From Eledone cirrhosa (taxonomy: Eukaryota), in contig OZ024741.1 of assembly GCA_964016885.1 (NCBI GenBank), positions 403,310,001 to 403,374,000 of the forward strand: DNA of 64,000 nt, read 5' to 3'. Within the stretch, counting starts at the first letter, position 1; the number at the start of each line of letters is the position of its first letter. A program made the translations under genes and the position numbers. The notes under the pieces are model-generated. The model was not told the DNA's origin and searched no databases. It saw nothing but the letters and a program-made list of their open reading frames with translations. This document shows, in pieces, positions 41,390 to 55,479 of this stretch.

Positions 41390-44300
41390 GGTAGTGACTA
41401 CTATCTTTAACCCAGGTAGTGACTATCTTTAACCCAGGTAGTGACTACTATCTTTAACCCAGGTAGTGACTATCTTTAACCCAGGTAGGGACTACTATCT
41501 TTAACCCAAGTAGTGACTACTATCTTTAACCCAGGTAGTGACTACTATCTTTAACCCTGGTAGTGACTACTATCTTTAACCCAGGTAGTGACTACTATCT
41601 TTAACCCAGGTAGTGACTATCTTTAACCCAGGTAGGGACTACTATCTTTAACCCTGGTAGTGACTACTATCTTTAACCCAGGTAGTGACTACTATCTTTA
41701 ACCCAGGTAGTGACTACTATCTTTAACCCAGGTAGGGACTACTATCTTTAACCCAAGTAGTGACTACTATCTTTAACCCAGGTAGTGACTACTATCTTTA
41801 ACCCAGGTATCGACTACTATCTTTAACCCAGGTAGTGACTACTACCTTTAACCCAGGTAGTGACTACTATCTTTAACCCAGGTAGTGACTACTATCTTTA
41901 ACCCAGGTAGGGACTACTATCTTTAACCCAGATAGTGACTACTACCTTTAACCCAGGTAGTGGCTACTATCTTTAACCCAGGTAGTGACTACTATATTTC
42001 ACCCAGGTAGGGACTACTATCTTTAACCCAGGTAGTGACTACTATCTTTAACCCAGGTAGGGACTACTACCTTTAACCCAGGTAGGGACTTCTATCTTTA
42101 ACCCAGGTAGGGACTACTATCTTTAACCCAGGTAGGGACTACTATCTTTAACCCAGGTAGTGACTACTATATTTCACCCAGGTAGGGACTACTATCTTTA
42201 ACCAAGGTAGTGACTACTATCTTTAACCCAGGTAGTGACTACTATCTTTAACCCAGGGTAGTGACTACTATCTTTAACCCAGGTAGTGGCTACTATCTTT
42301 AACCCAGGTAGTGACTACTATATTTCACCCAGGTAGTGACTTCTATCTTTAACCCAGGTAGTGACTACTATCTTTAACCCAGGTAGGGACTACTATCTTT
42401 AACCCAGGTAGGGACTACTATCTTTAACCCAGGTAGGGACTACTATCTTTAACCCAGGTAGTGACTACTATCTTTAACCCAGGTAGGGACTACTATCTTT
42501 AACCCAAGTAGGGACTACTATCTTTAACCCAGGTAGTGACTACTATCTTTAACCCAAGTAGGGACTACTATCTTTAACCCAGGTAGGGACTACTACCTTT
42601 AACCCAGGTAGGGACTACTATCTTTAACCCAGGTAGGGACTACTATCTTTAATCCAGGTAGGGACTACTATCTTTAACCCAGGTAGGGACTACTATCTTT
42701 AACCCAGGTAGGGACTTCTATCTTTAACCCAGGTAGGGACTATCTTTAACCCAGCTAGTGACTACTATCTTTAACCCAGGTAGTGACTACTATCTTTAAC
42801 CCAGGTAGGGACTATTATCTTTAACCCAGGTAGGGACTACTATCTTTAACCCAGGTAGGGACTACTATCTTTAACCCAGGTAGTGACTACTATCTTTAAC
42901 CCAGGTAGGGACTACTATCTTTAACCCAGGTAATGACTACTATCTTTAACCCAGGAAGGGACTACTATCTTTAACCCAGGTAGGGACTACTATCTTTAAC
43001 CCAAGTAGGGACTACTATCTTTAACCCAGGTAGGGACTACTACCTTTAACCCAGGTAGGGACTTCTATCTTTAACCCAGGTAGGGACTATTATCTTTAAC
43101 CCAGGTAGGGACTACTATCTTTAACCCAGGTAGGGACTACTATCTTTAACCCAAGTAGGGACTACTATCTTTAACCCAGGTAGGGACTACTACCTTTAAC
43201 CCAGGTAGTGACTACTATCTTTAACCCAGGTAGGGACTACTATCTTTAACCCAGGTAGTGACTACTATCTTTAACCCAGGTAGTGACTACTATCTTTAAC
43301 CCAGGTAGGGACTACTATCTTTAACCCAGGTAGGGACTACTATCTTTAACCCAGGTAGGGACTTCTATCTTTAACCCAGGTAGGGACTATCTTTAACCCA
43401 GGTAGTGACTACTATCTTAACCCAAGTAGGGACTACTATCTTTAACCCAGGTAGTGACTACTATCTTTAACCCAGGTAGTGACTGTCTTTAACCCAGGTA
43501 GTGACTACTATCTTTAACCCAGGGTAGTGACTACTATCTTTAACCCAGGTAGGGACTACTATCTTTAACCCAGGTAGGGACTACTATCTTTAACCCAGGT
43601 AGTGACTACTATATTTCACCCAGGTAGTGACTACTATCTTTAACCCAGGTAGGGACTACTATCTTTAACCCAGGTAGTGACTACTATCTTTAACCCAGGT
43701 AGTGACTACTATCTTTAACCCAGGGTAGTGACTTCTATCTTTAACCCAGGTAGTGACTACTATCTTTAACCCAGGTAGTGACTACTATCTTTAACCCAGG
43801 TAGGGACTACTATCTTTAACCCAGGTAGTGACTACTATTTTTAACCCAGGTAGTGACTATCTTTAACCCAGGTAGGGACTACTATCTTTAACCCAGGTAG
43901 GGACTACTATCTTTAACCCAGGTAGGGACTATCTTTAACCCAGGTAGTGACTACTATCTTTAACCCAGGGTAGTGACTACTATCTTTAACCCAGGTAGTG
44001 ACTACTATCTTTAACCCAGGTAGGGACTACTATCTTTAACCCAGGTAGGGACTACTATCTTTAACCCTGGTAGTGACTACTATCTTTAACCCAGGTAGTG
44101 ACTATCTTTAACCCAGGTAGTGACTACTATCTTTAACCCAGGTAGTGACTATCTTTAACCCAGGTAGGGACTACTATCTTTAACCCAAGTAGTGACTACT
44201 ATCTTTAACCCAGGTAGTGACTACTATCTTTAACCCTGGTAGTGACTACTATCTTTAACCCAGGTAGTGACTACTATCTTTAACCCAGGTAGTGACTATC

Positions 44301-47300
44301 TTTAACCCAGGTAGGGACTACTATCTTTAACCCTGGTAGTGACTACTATCTTTAACCCAGGTAGTGACTACTATCTTTAACCCAGGTAGTGACTACTATC
44401 TTTAACCCAGGTACGGACTACTATCTTTAACCCAGGTAGGGACTACTATCTTTAACCCAGGTAGGGACTACTATCTTTAACCCACGTAGTGACTACTATC
44501 TTTAACCCAGGTAGTAACTACTATCTTTAAAACAGGGTAGTGACTACTATCTTTAACCCAGGTAGTGACTACTATCTTTAACCCAGGTAGGGACTACTAT
44601 CTTTAACCCAGGTAGGGACTACTATCTTTAACCCAGGTATCGACTACTATCTTTAACCCAGGTAGGGACTACTATCTTTAACCCAGGTAGGGACTACTAT
44701 CTTTAACCCAGGTAGGGACTACTATCTTTAACCCAGGTATCGACTACTATCTTTAACCCAGGTAGGGACTACTATCTTTAACCCTGGTAGTGACTACTAT
44801 CTTTAACCCAGGTAGGGACTACTATCTTTAACCCAGGTAGGGACTACTATCTTTAACCCAGGTAGGGACTACTATCTTTAACCCAGGTAGTGACTACTAT
44901 CTTTAACCCAGGTAGTGACTACTATCTTTAACCCAGGTAGGGACTACTATCTTTAACCCAGGTATCGACTACTATCTTTAACCCAGTTAGTGACTACTAT
45001 CTTTAACCCAGGTAGTGACTACTATCTTTAACCCAGGTAGTGACTACTATCTTTAACCCAGGTAGGGACTACTATCTTTAACCCAGGGTAGTGACTACTA
45101 TCTTTAAAACAGGGTAGTGACTACTATCTTTAACCCAGGTAGGGACTACTATCTTTAACCCAGGTATCGACTACTATCTTTAAAACAGGGTAGTGACTAC
45201 TATCTTTAACCCAGGTAGTGACTACTATCTTTAACCCAGGTAGTGACTACTATCTTTAACCCAGGTAGTGACTACTATCTTTAACCCAGGGTAGTGACTA
45301 CTATCTTTAAAACAGGGTAGTGACTACTATCTTTAACCAAGGTAGGGACTACTATCTTTAACCCAGGTAGGGACTACTATCTTTAAAACAGGGTAGTGAC
45401 TTCTATCTTTAACCCAGGTAGGGACTACTATCTTTAACCCAGGTAGGGACTACTATCTTTAACCCAGGTAGGGACTACTATCTTTAACCCAGGTAGGGAC
45501 TACTATCTTTAACCCTGGTAGTGACTACTATCTTTAACCCAGGTAGGGACTACTATCTTTAACCCAGGTAGGGACTACTATCTTTAACCCAGGTATCGAC
45601 TACTATCTTTAACCCAGGTAGGGACTACTATCTTTAACCCTGGTAGTGACTACTATCTTTAACCCAGGTAGGGACTACTATCTTTAACCCAGGTATCGAC
45701 TACTATCTTTAACCCAGGTAGGGACTACTATCTTTAACCCTGGTAGTGACTACTATCTTTAACCCAGGTATCGACTACTATCTTTAACCCAGGTAGGGAC
45801 TACTATCTTTAACCCTGGTATCGACTACTATCTTTAACCCAGGTAGGGACTACTATCTTTAACCCAGGTAGGGACTACTATCTTTAACCCAGGTAGGGAC
45901 TACTATCTTTAACCCAGGTAGGGACTACTATCTTTAACCCAGGTAGGGACTACTATCTTTAACCCAGGTAGTGACTACTATCTTTAACCCAAGTAGTGAC
46001 TACTATCTTTAACCCAGGTATCGACTACTATCTTTAACCAAGGTAGGGACTACTATATTTAACCCAGGTAGGGACTACTATCTTTAACCCAGGTAGTGAC
46101 TACTATCTTTAACCCAGGTAGTGACTACTATCTTTAACCCAGGTAGGGACTACTATCTTTAACCCAGGTAGGGACTACTATCTTTAACCCAGGTAGGGAC
46201 TACTATCTTTAACCCAGGTAGTGACTACTATCTTTAACCCAGGTAGTGACTACTATCTTTAACCCAGGTATCGACTACTATCTTTAACCCAGGTAGGGAC
46301 TACTATCTTTAACCCTGGTAGTGACTACTATCTTTAACCCAGGTAGGGACTACTACCTTTAACCCAGGTAGGGACTACTATCTTTAACCCTGGTAGGGAC
46401 TACTATCTTTAACCCAGGTAGGGACTACTACCTTTAACCCAGGTAGTGACTACTATCTTTAACCCAGGTAGGGACTACTATCTTTAACCCAGGTAGGGAC
46501 TACTATCTTTAACCCTGGTAGGGACTACTATCTTTAACCCAGGTAGGGACTACTACCTTTAACCCAGGTAGTGACTACTATCTTTAACCCAGGTAGGGAC
46601 TACTATCTTTAACCCTGGTAGTGACTACTATCTTTAACCCAGGTAGTGACTACTATCTTTAACCCAGGTATCGACTACTATCTTTAACCCAGGTAGGGAC
46701 TACTATCTTTAACCCAGGTAGGGACTACTATCTTTAACCCAGGTAGGGACTACTATCTTTAACCCAGGTAGGGACTACTATCTTTAACCCTGGTAGTGAC
46801 TACTATCTTTAACCCAGGTAGTGACTACTATCTTTAACCCAAGTAGGGACTACTATCTTTAACCCAGGTAGGGACTACTATCTTTAACCCAGGTAGGGAC
46901 TTCTATCTTTAACCCAGGTAGGGACTACTATCTTTAACCCAGGTAGGGACTACTATCTTTAACCCAGGTAGGGACTACTATCTTTAACCCAGGTAGGGAC
47001 TTCTATCTTTAACCCAGGTAGTGACTACTATCTTTAACCCAGGTAGTGACTACTACCTTTAACCCAGGTAGGGACTACTATCTTTAACCCAGGTATCGAC
47101 TACTATCTTTAACCCAGGTAGGGACTACTATCTTTAACCCAGGTAGGGACTACTATCTTTAACCCAGGTAGGGACTACTATCTTTAACCCAGGTAGGGAC
47201 TACTATCTTTAACCCAGGTAGTGACTACTATCTTTAAACCAGGTAGGGACTACTATCTTTAACCCTGGTAGTGACTACTACCATTAACCAAGGTAGGGAC

Positions 47301-50300
47301 TACTATCTTTAACCCTGGTAGTGACTACTATCTTTAACCCAGGTAGTGACTATCTTTAACCCAGGTAGTGACTACTATCTTTAACCCAGGTAGTGACTAT
47401 CTTTAACCCAGGTAGGGACTACTATCTTTAACCCAAGTAGTGACTACTATCTTTAACCCAGGTAGTGACTACTATCTTTAACCCTGGTAGTGACTACTAT
47501 CTTTAACCCAGGTAGTGACTACTATCTTTAACCCAGGTAGTGACTATCTTTAACCCAGGTAGGGACTACTATCTTTAACCCTGGTAGTGACTACTATCTT
47601 TAACCCAGGTAGTGACTACTATCTTTAACCCAGGTAGTGACTACTATCTTTAACCCAGGTAGGGACTACTATCTTTAACCCAAGTAGTGACTACTATCTT
47701 TAACCCAGGTAGTGACTACTATCTTTAACCCAGGTATCGACTACTATCTTTAACCCAGGTAGTGACTACTACCTTTAACCCAGGTAGTGACTACTATCTT
47801 TAACCCAGGTAGTGACTACTATCTTCAACCCAGGTAGGGACTACTATCTTTAACCCAGATAGTGACTACTACCTTTAACCCAGGTAGTGGCTACTATCTT
47901 TAACCCAGGTAGTGACTACTATATTTCACCGAGGTAGGGACTACTATCTTTAACCCAGGTAGTGACTACTATCTTTAACCCAGGTAGGGACTACTACCTT
48001 TAACCCAGGTAGGGACTTCTATCTTTAACCCAGGTAGGGACTACTATCTTTAACCCAGGTAGGGACTACTATCTTTAACCCAGGTAGTGACTACTATATT
48101 TCACCCAGGTAGGGACTACTATCTTTAACCAAGGTAGTGACTACTATCTTTAACCCAGGTAGTGACTACTATCTTTAACCCAGGGTAGTGACTACTATCT
48201 TTAACCCAGGTAGTGGCTACTATCTTTAACCCAGGTAGTGACTACTATATTTCACCCAGGTAGTGACTTCTATCTTTAACCCAGGTAGTGACTACTATCT
48301 TTAACCCAGGTAGGGACTACTATCTTTAACCCAGGTAGGGACTACTATCTTTAACCCAGGTAGGGACTACTATCTTTAACCCAGGTAGTGACTACTATCT
48401 TTAACCCAGGTAGGGACTACTATCTTTAACCCAAGTAGGGACTACTATCTTTAACCCAGGTAGTGACTACTATCTTTAACCCAAGTAGGGACTACTATCT
48501 TTAACCCAGGTAGGGACTACTACCTTTAACCCAGGTAGGGACTACTATCTTTAACCCAGGTAGGGACTACTATCTTTAATCCAGGTAGGGACTACTATCT
48601 TTAACCCAGGTAGGGACTACTATCTTTAACCCAGGTAGGGACTTCTATCTTTAACCCAGGTAGGGACTATCTTTAACCCAGCTAGTGACTACTATCTTTA
48701 ACCCAGGTAGTGACTACTATCTTTAACCCAGGTAGGGACTATTATCTTTAACCCAGGTAGGGACTACTATCTTTAACCCAGGTAGTGACTACTATCTTTA
48801 ACCCAGGTAGTGACTACTATCTTTAACCCAGGTAGGGACTACTATCTTTAACCCAGGTAATGACTACTATCTTTAACCCAGGTAGGGACTACTATCTTTA
48901 ACCCAGGTAGGGACTACTATCTTTAACCCAAGTAGGGACTACTATCTTTAACCCAGGTAGGGACTACTACCTTTAACCCAGGTAGGGACTTCTATCTTTA
49001 ACCCAGGTAGGGACTATTATCTTTAACCCAGGTAGGGACTACTATCTTTAACCCAGGTAGGGACTACTATCTTTAACCCAAGTAGGGACTACTATCTTTA
49101 ACCCAGGTAGGGACTACTACCTTTAACCCAGGTAGTGACTACTATCTTTAACCCAGGTAGGGACTACTATCTTTAACCCAGGTAGTGACTACTATCTTTA
49201 ACCCAGGTAGTGACTACTATCTTTAACCCAGGTAGGGACTACTATCTTTAACCCAGGTAGGGACTACTATCTTTAACCCAGGTAGGGACTTCTATCTTTA
49301 ACCCAGGTAGGGACTATCTTTAACCCAGGTAGTGACTACTATCTTTAACCCAAGTAGGGACTACTATCTTTAACCCAGGTAGTGACTACTATCTTTAACC
49401 CAGGTAGTGACTGTCTTTAACCCAGGTAGTGACTACTATCTTTAACCCAGGGTAGTGACTACTATCTTTAACCCAGGTAGGGACTACTATCTTTAACCCA
49501 GGTAGGGACTACTATCTTTAACCCAGGTAGTGACTACTATATTTCACCCAGGTAGTGACTACTATCTTTAACCCAGGTAGGGACTACTATCTTTAACCCA
49601 GGTAGTGACTACTATCTTTAACCCAGGTAGTGACTACTATCTTTAACCCAGGGTAGTGACTTCTATCTTTAACCCAGGTAGTGACTACTATCTTTAACCC
49701 AGGTAGTGACTACTATCTTTAACCCAGGTAGGGACTACTATCTTTAACCCAGGTAGTGACTACTATTTTTAACCCAGGTAGTGACTATCTTTAACCCAGG
49801 TAGGGACTACTATCTTTAACCCAGGTAGGGACTACTATCTTTAACCCAGGTAGGGACTATCTTTAACCCAGGTAGTGACTACTATCTTTAACCCAGGGTA
49901 GTGACTACTATCTTTAACCCAGGTAGTGACTACTATCTTTAACCCAGGTAGGGACTACTATCTTTAACCCAGGTAGGGACTACTATCTTTAACCCTGGTA
50001 GTGACTACTATCTTTAACCCAGGTAGTGACTATCTTTAACCCAGGTAGTGACTACTATCTTTAACCCAGGTAGTGACTATCTTTAACCCAGGTAGGGACT
50101 ACTATCTTTAACCCAAGTAGTGACTACTATCTTTAACCCAGGTAGTGACTACTATCTTTAACCCTGGTAGTGACTACTATCTTTAACCCAGGTAGTGACT
50201 ACTATCTTTAACCCAGGTAGTGACTATCTTTAACCCAGGTAGGGACTACTATCTTTAACCCTGGTAGTGACTACTATCTTTAACCCAGGTAGTGACTACT

Positions 50301-53300
50301 ATCTTTAACCCAGGTAGTGACTACTATCTTTAACCCAGGTACGGACTACTATCTTTAACCCAGGTAGGGACTACTATCTTTAACCCAGGTAGGGACTACT
50401 ATCTTTAACCCACGTAGTGACTACTATCTTTAACCCAGGTAGTAACTACTATCTTTAACCCAGGTAGTGACTACTATCTTTAACCCAGGTAGTGACTACT
50501 ATCTTTAACCCAGGTAGGGACTACTATCTTTAACCCAGGTAGGGACTACTATCTTTAACCCAGGTAGTGACTACTATCTTTAACCCAGGTAGTGACTACT
50601 ATCTTTAACCCAGGGTAGTGACTACTATCTTTAAAACAGGGTAGTGACTACTATCTTTAACCCAGGTAGTGACTACTATCTTTAACCCAGGTAGGGACTA
50701 CTATCTTTAACCCAGGTAGGGACTACTATCTTTAACCCAGGTATCGACTACTATCTTTAACCCAGGTAGGGACTACTATCTTTAACCCAGGTAGGGACTA
50801 CTATCTTTAACCCAGGTAGGGACTACTATCTTTAACCCAGGTATCGACTACTATCTTTAACCCAGGTAGGGACTACTATCTTTAACCCTGGTAGTGACTA
50901 CTATCTTTAACCCAGGTAGGGACTACTATCTTTAACCCAGGTAGGGACTACTATCTTTAACCCAGGTAGGGACTACTATCTTTAACCCAGGTAGTGACTA
51001 CTATCTTTAACCCAGGTAGTGACTACTATCTTTAACCCAGGTAGGGACTACTATCTTTAACCCAGGTATCGACTACTATCTTTAACCCAGGTAGTGACTA
51101 CTATCTTTAACCCAGGTAGTGACTACTATCTTTAACCCAGGTAGTGACTACTATCTTTAACCCAGGTAGGGACTACTATCTTTAACCCAGGGTAGTGACT
51201 ACTATCTTTAAAACAGGGTAGTGACTACTATCTTTAACCCAGGTAGGGACTACTATCTTTAACCCAGGTATCGACTACTATCTTTAAAACAGGGTAGTGA
51301 CTACTATCTTTAACCCAGGTAGTGACTACTATCTTTAACCCAGGTAGTGACTACTATCTTTAACCCAGGTAGTGACTACTATCTTTAACCCAGGGTAGTG
51401 ACTACTATCTTTAAAACAGGGTAGTGACTACTATCTTTAACCAAGGTAGGGACTACTATCTTTAACCCAGGTAGGGACTACTATCTTTAAAACAGGGTAG
51501 TGACTTCTATCTTTAACCCAGGTAGGGACTACTATCTTTAACCCAGGTAGGGACTACTATCTTTAACCCAGGTAGGGACTACTATCTTTAACCCAGGTAG
51601 GGACTACTATCTTTAACCCTGGTAGTGACTACTATCTTTAACCCAGGTAGGGACTACTATCTTTAACCCAGGTAGGGACTACTATCTTTAACCCAGGTAT
51701 CGACTACTATCTTTAACCCAGGTAGGGACTACTATCTTTAACCCTGGTAGTGACTACTATCTTTAACCCAGGTAGGGACTACTATCTTTAACCCAGGTAT
51801 CGACTACTATCTTTAACCCAGGTAGGGACTACTATCTTTAACCCTGGTAGTGACTACTATCTTTAACCCAGGTATCGACTACTATCTTTAACCCAGGTAG
51901 GGACTACTATCTTTAACCCTGGTATCGACTACTATCTTTAACCCAGGTAGGGACTACTATCTTTAACCCAGGTAGGGACTACTATCTTTAACCCAGGTAG
52001 GGACTACTATCTTTAACCCAGGTAGGGACTACTATCTTTAACCCAGGTAGGGACTACTATCTTTAACCCAGGTAGTGACTACTATCTTTAACCCAAGTAG
52101 TGACTACTATCTTTAACCCAGGTATCGACTACTATCTTTAACCCAGGTAGGGACTACTATCTTTAACCCAGGTAGGGACTACTATCTTTAACCCAGGTAG
52201 TGACTACTATCTTTAACCCAGGTAGTGACTACTATCTTTAACCCAGGTAGGGACTACTATCTTTAACCCAGGTAGGGACTACTATCTTTAACCCAGGTAG
52301 GGACTACTATCTTTAACCCAGGTAGTGACTACTATCTTTAACCCAGGTAGTGACTACTATCTTTAACCCAGGTATCGACTACTATCTTTAACCCAGGTAG
52401 GGACTACTATCTTTAACCCTGGTAGTGACTACTATCTTTAACCCAGGTAGGGACTACTACCTTTAACCCAGGTAGGGACTACTATCTTTAACCCTGGTAG
52501 GGACTACTATCTTTAACCCAGGTAGGGACTACTACCTTTAACCCAGGTAGTGACTACTATCTTTAACCCAGGTAGGGACTACTATCTTTAACCCAGGTAG
52601 GGACTACTATCTTTAACCCTGGTAGGGACTACTATCTTTAACCCAGGTAGGGACTACTACCTTTAACCCAGGTAGTGACTACTATCTTTAACCCAGGTAG
52701 GGACTACTATCTTTAACCCTGGTAGTGACTACTATCTTTAACCCAGGTAGTGACTACTATCTTTAACCCAGGTATCGACTACTATCTTTAACCCAGGTAG
52801 GGACTACTATCTTTAACCCAGGTAGGGACTACTATCTTTAACCCAGGTAGGGACTACTATCTTTAACCCAGGTAGGGACTACTATCTTTAACCCTGGTAG
52901 TGACTACTATCTTTAACCCAGGTAGTGACTACTATCTTTAACCCAAGTAGGGACTACTATCTTTAACCCAGGTAGGGACTACTATCTTTAACCCAGGTAG
53001 GGACTTCTATCTTTAACCCAGGTAGGGACTACTATCTTTAACCCAGGTAGGGACTACTATCTTTAACCCAGGTAGGGACTACTATCTTTAACCCAGGTAG
53101 GGACTTCTATCTTTAACCCAGGTAGTGACTACTATCTTTAACCCAGGTAGTGACTACTACCTTTAACCCAGGTAGGGACTACTATCTTTAACCCAGGTAT
53201 CGACTACTATCTTTAACCCAGGTAGGGACTACTATCTTTAACCCAGGTAGGGACTACTATCTTTAACCCAGGTAGGGACTACTATCTTTAACCCAGGTAG

Positions 53301-53400
53301 GGACTACTATCTTTAACCCAGGTAGTGACTACTATCTTTAAACCAGGTAGGGACTACTATCTTTAACCCTGGTAGTGACTACTACCATTAACCAAGGTAG
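41390..53400. repeat. Tandem duplication of a ~5.9-6.1-kb block (about 41390-47315 and 47315-53400)
   Basis: Rare variants paired in the same order: CCAGCTAG 42755/48682 (5927), CCCACGTAG 44485/50413 (5928), TACCATTAACCAAGG 47283/53387 (6104). Confidence 0.85.
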
Positions 53401-55479
53401 GGACTACTATCTTTAACCCAGGTAGGGACTACTATCTTTAACCCAGGTAGGGACTACTATCTTTAACCCAGGTAGGGACTACTATCTTTAACCCTGGTAG
53501 TGACTACTACCTTTAACCCAGGTAGGGACTACTATCTTTAACCCTGGCAGTGACTACTATCTTTAACCCAGGTAGTGACTACTATCTTTAACCCTGGTAG
53601 TGACTACTACCTTTAACCCTGGTAGTGACTACTACCTTTAACCCAGGTAGGGACTACTATCTTTAACCCAGGTAGGGACTACTATCTTTAACCCTGGTAG
53701 TGACTACTATCTTTAACCCAGGTAGTGACTACTACCTTTAACCCAGGTAGTGACTACTATCTTTAACCCAGGTAGTGACTACTATCTTTAACCCTGGTAG
53801 TGACTACTACCTTTAACCCAGGTAGGGACTACTATCTTTAACCCAGGTAGGGACTACTATCTTTAACCCAGGTAGTGACTACTATCTTTAACCCACGTAG
53901 GGACTACTATCTTTAACCCTGGTAGTGACTACTACCTTTAACCCAGGTAGGGACTACTATCTTTAACCCAGGTAGGGACTACTATCTTTAACCCAGGTAG
54001 TGACTACTATCTTTAACCCAGGTAGTGACTACTATCTTTAACCCAGGTAGGGACTACTATCTTTAACCCTGATAGTGACTACTATCTTTAACCCAAGTAG
54101 TGACTACTATCTTTAACCAAGGTAGTGACTACTATCTTTAACCCAGGTAGTGACTACTATCTTTAACCCAGGTAGTGACTATCTTTAACCCAGGTAGGGA
54201 CTACTATCTTTAACCCAGGTATCGACTACTATCTTTAACCCAGGTAGGGACTACTATCTTTAACCCAGGTAGGGACTACTATCTTTAACCCAGGTAGGGA
54301 CTACTATCTTTAACCCAGGTAGGGACTACTATCTTTAACCCAGGTATCGACTACTATCTTTAACCCAGGTAGTGACTACTATCTTTAACCCAAGTAGTGA
54401 CTACTATCTTTAACCCAGGTAGGGACTACTATCTTTAACCCAGGTAGGGACTACTATCTTTAACCCAGGTAGTGACTACTATCTTTAACCAAGGTAGTGA
54501 CTACTATCTTTAACCCAGGTAGGGACTACTATCTTTAACCCAGGTAGTGACTACTATCTTTAACCCAGGTAGGGACTACTATCTTTAACCCAAGTAGTGA
54601 CTACTATCTTTAACCCAAGTAGTGACTACTATCTTTAACCCAGGTAGTGACTACTATCTTTAACCCAGGTCGTGACTACTATCTTTAACCCAGGTATCGA
54701 CTACTATCTTTAACCCAGGTAGTGACTACTATCTTTAACCCAGGTAGTGACTACTATCTTTAACCCAGGTAGGGACTACTATCTTTAACCCAGGTAGTGA
54801 CTACTATCTTTAACCCAGGTAGTGACTACTATCTTTAACCCAGGTAGTGACTACTATCTTTAACCCAAGTAGTGACTACTATCTTTAACCCAGGTAGTGT
54901 CTACTATCTTTAACCCATGTAGGGACTACTATCTTTAGCCCAGGTAGTGACTATCTTTAACCCAGGTAGGGACTACTATCTTTAACCCAGGTAGTGACTA
55001 CTATCTTTAACCCAGGTAGTGACTACTATCTTTAACCCAGGTAGGGACTACTATCTTTAACCCAGGTAGTGACTACTATCTTTAACCCAGGTAGGGACTA
55101 CTATCTTTAACCCAGGTAGTGACTACTATTTTTAACCCAGGTAGTGACTACTATCTTTAACCCAGGTAGGGACTACTATCTTTAACCCAGGTATCGACTA
55201 CTATCTTTAAACCAGGTAGGGACTACTATCTTTAACCCAGGTAGGGACTACTATCTTTAACCCAGGTAGGGACTACTATCTTTAACCCAGGTAGGGACTA
55301 CTATCTTTCACCCAGGTAGTGACTACTATCTTTAACCCAGATAGTGACTACTATCTTTAACCCAGGTAGTGACTACTATCTTTAACCCAGGTAGGGACTA
55401 CTATCTTTAACCCAGGTAGGGACTACTATCTTTAACCCAGGTAGGGACTACTATCTTTAACCCAGGTAGGGACTACTAT

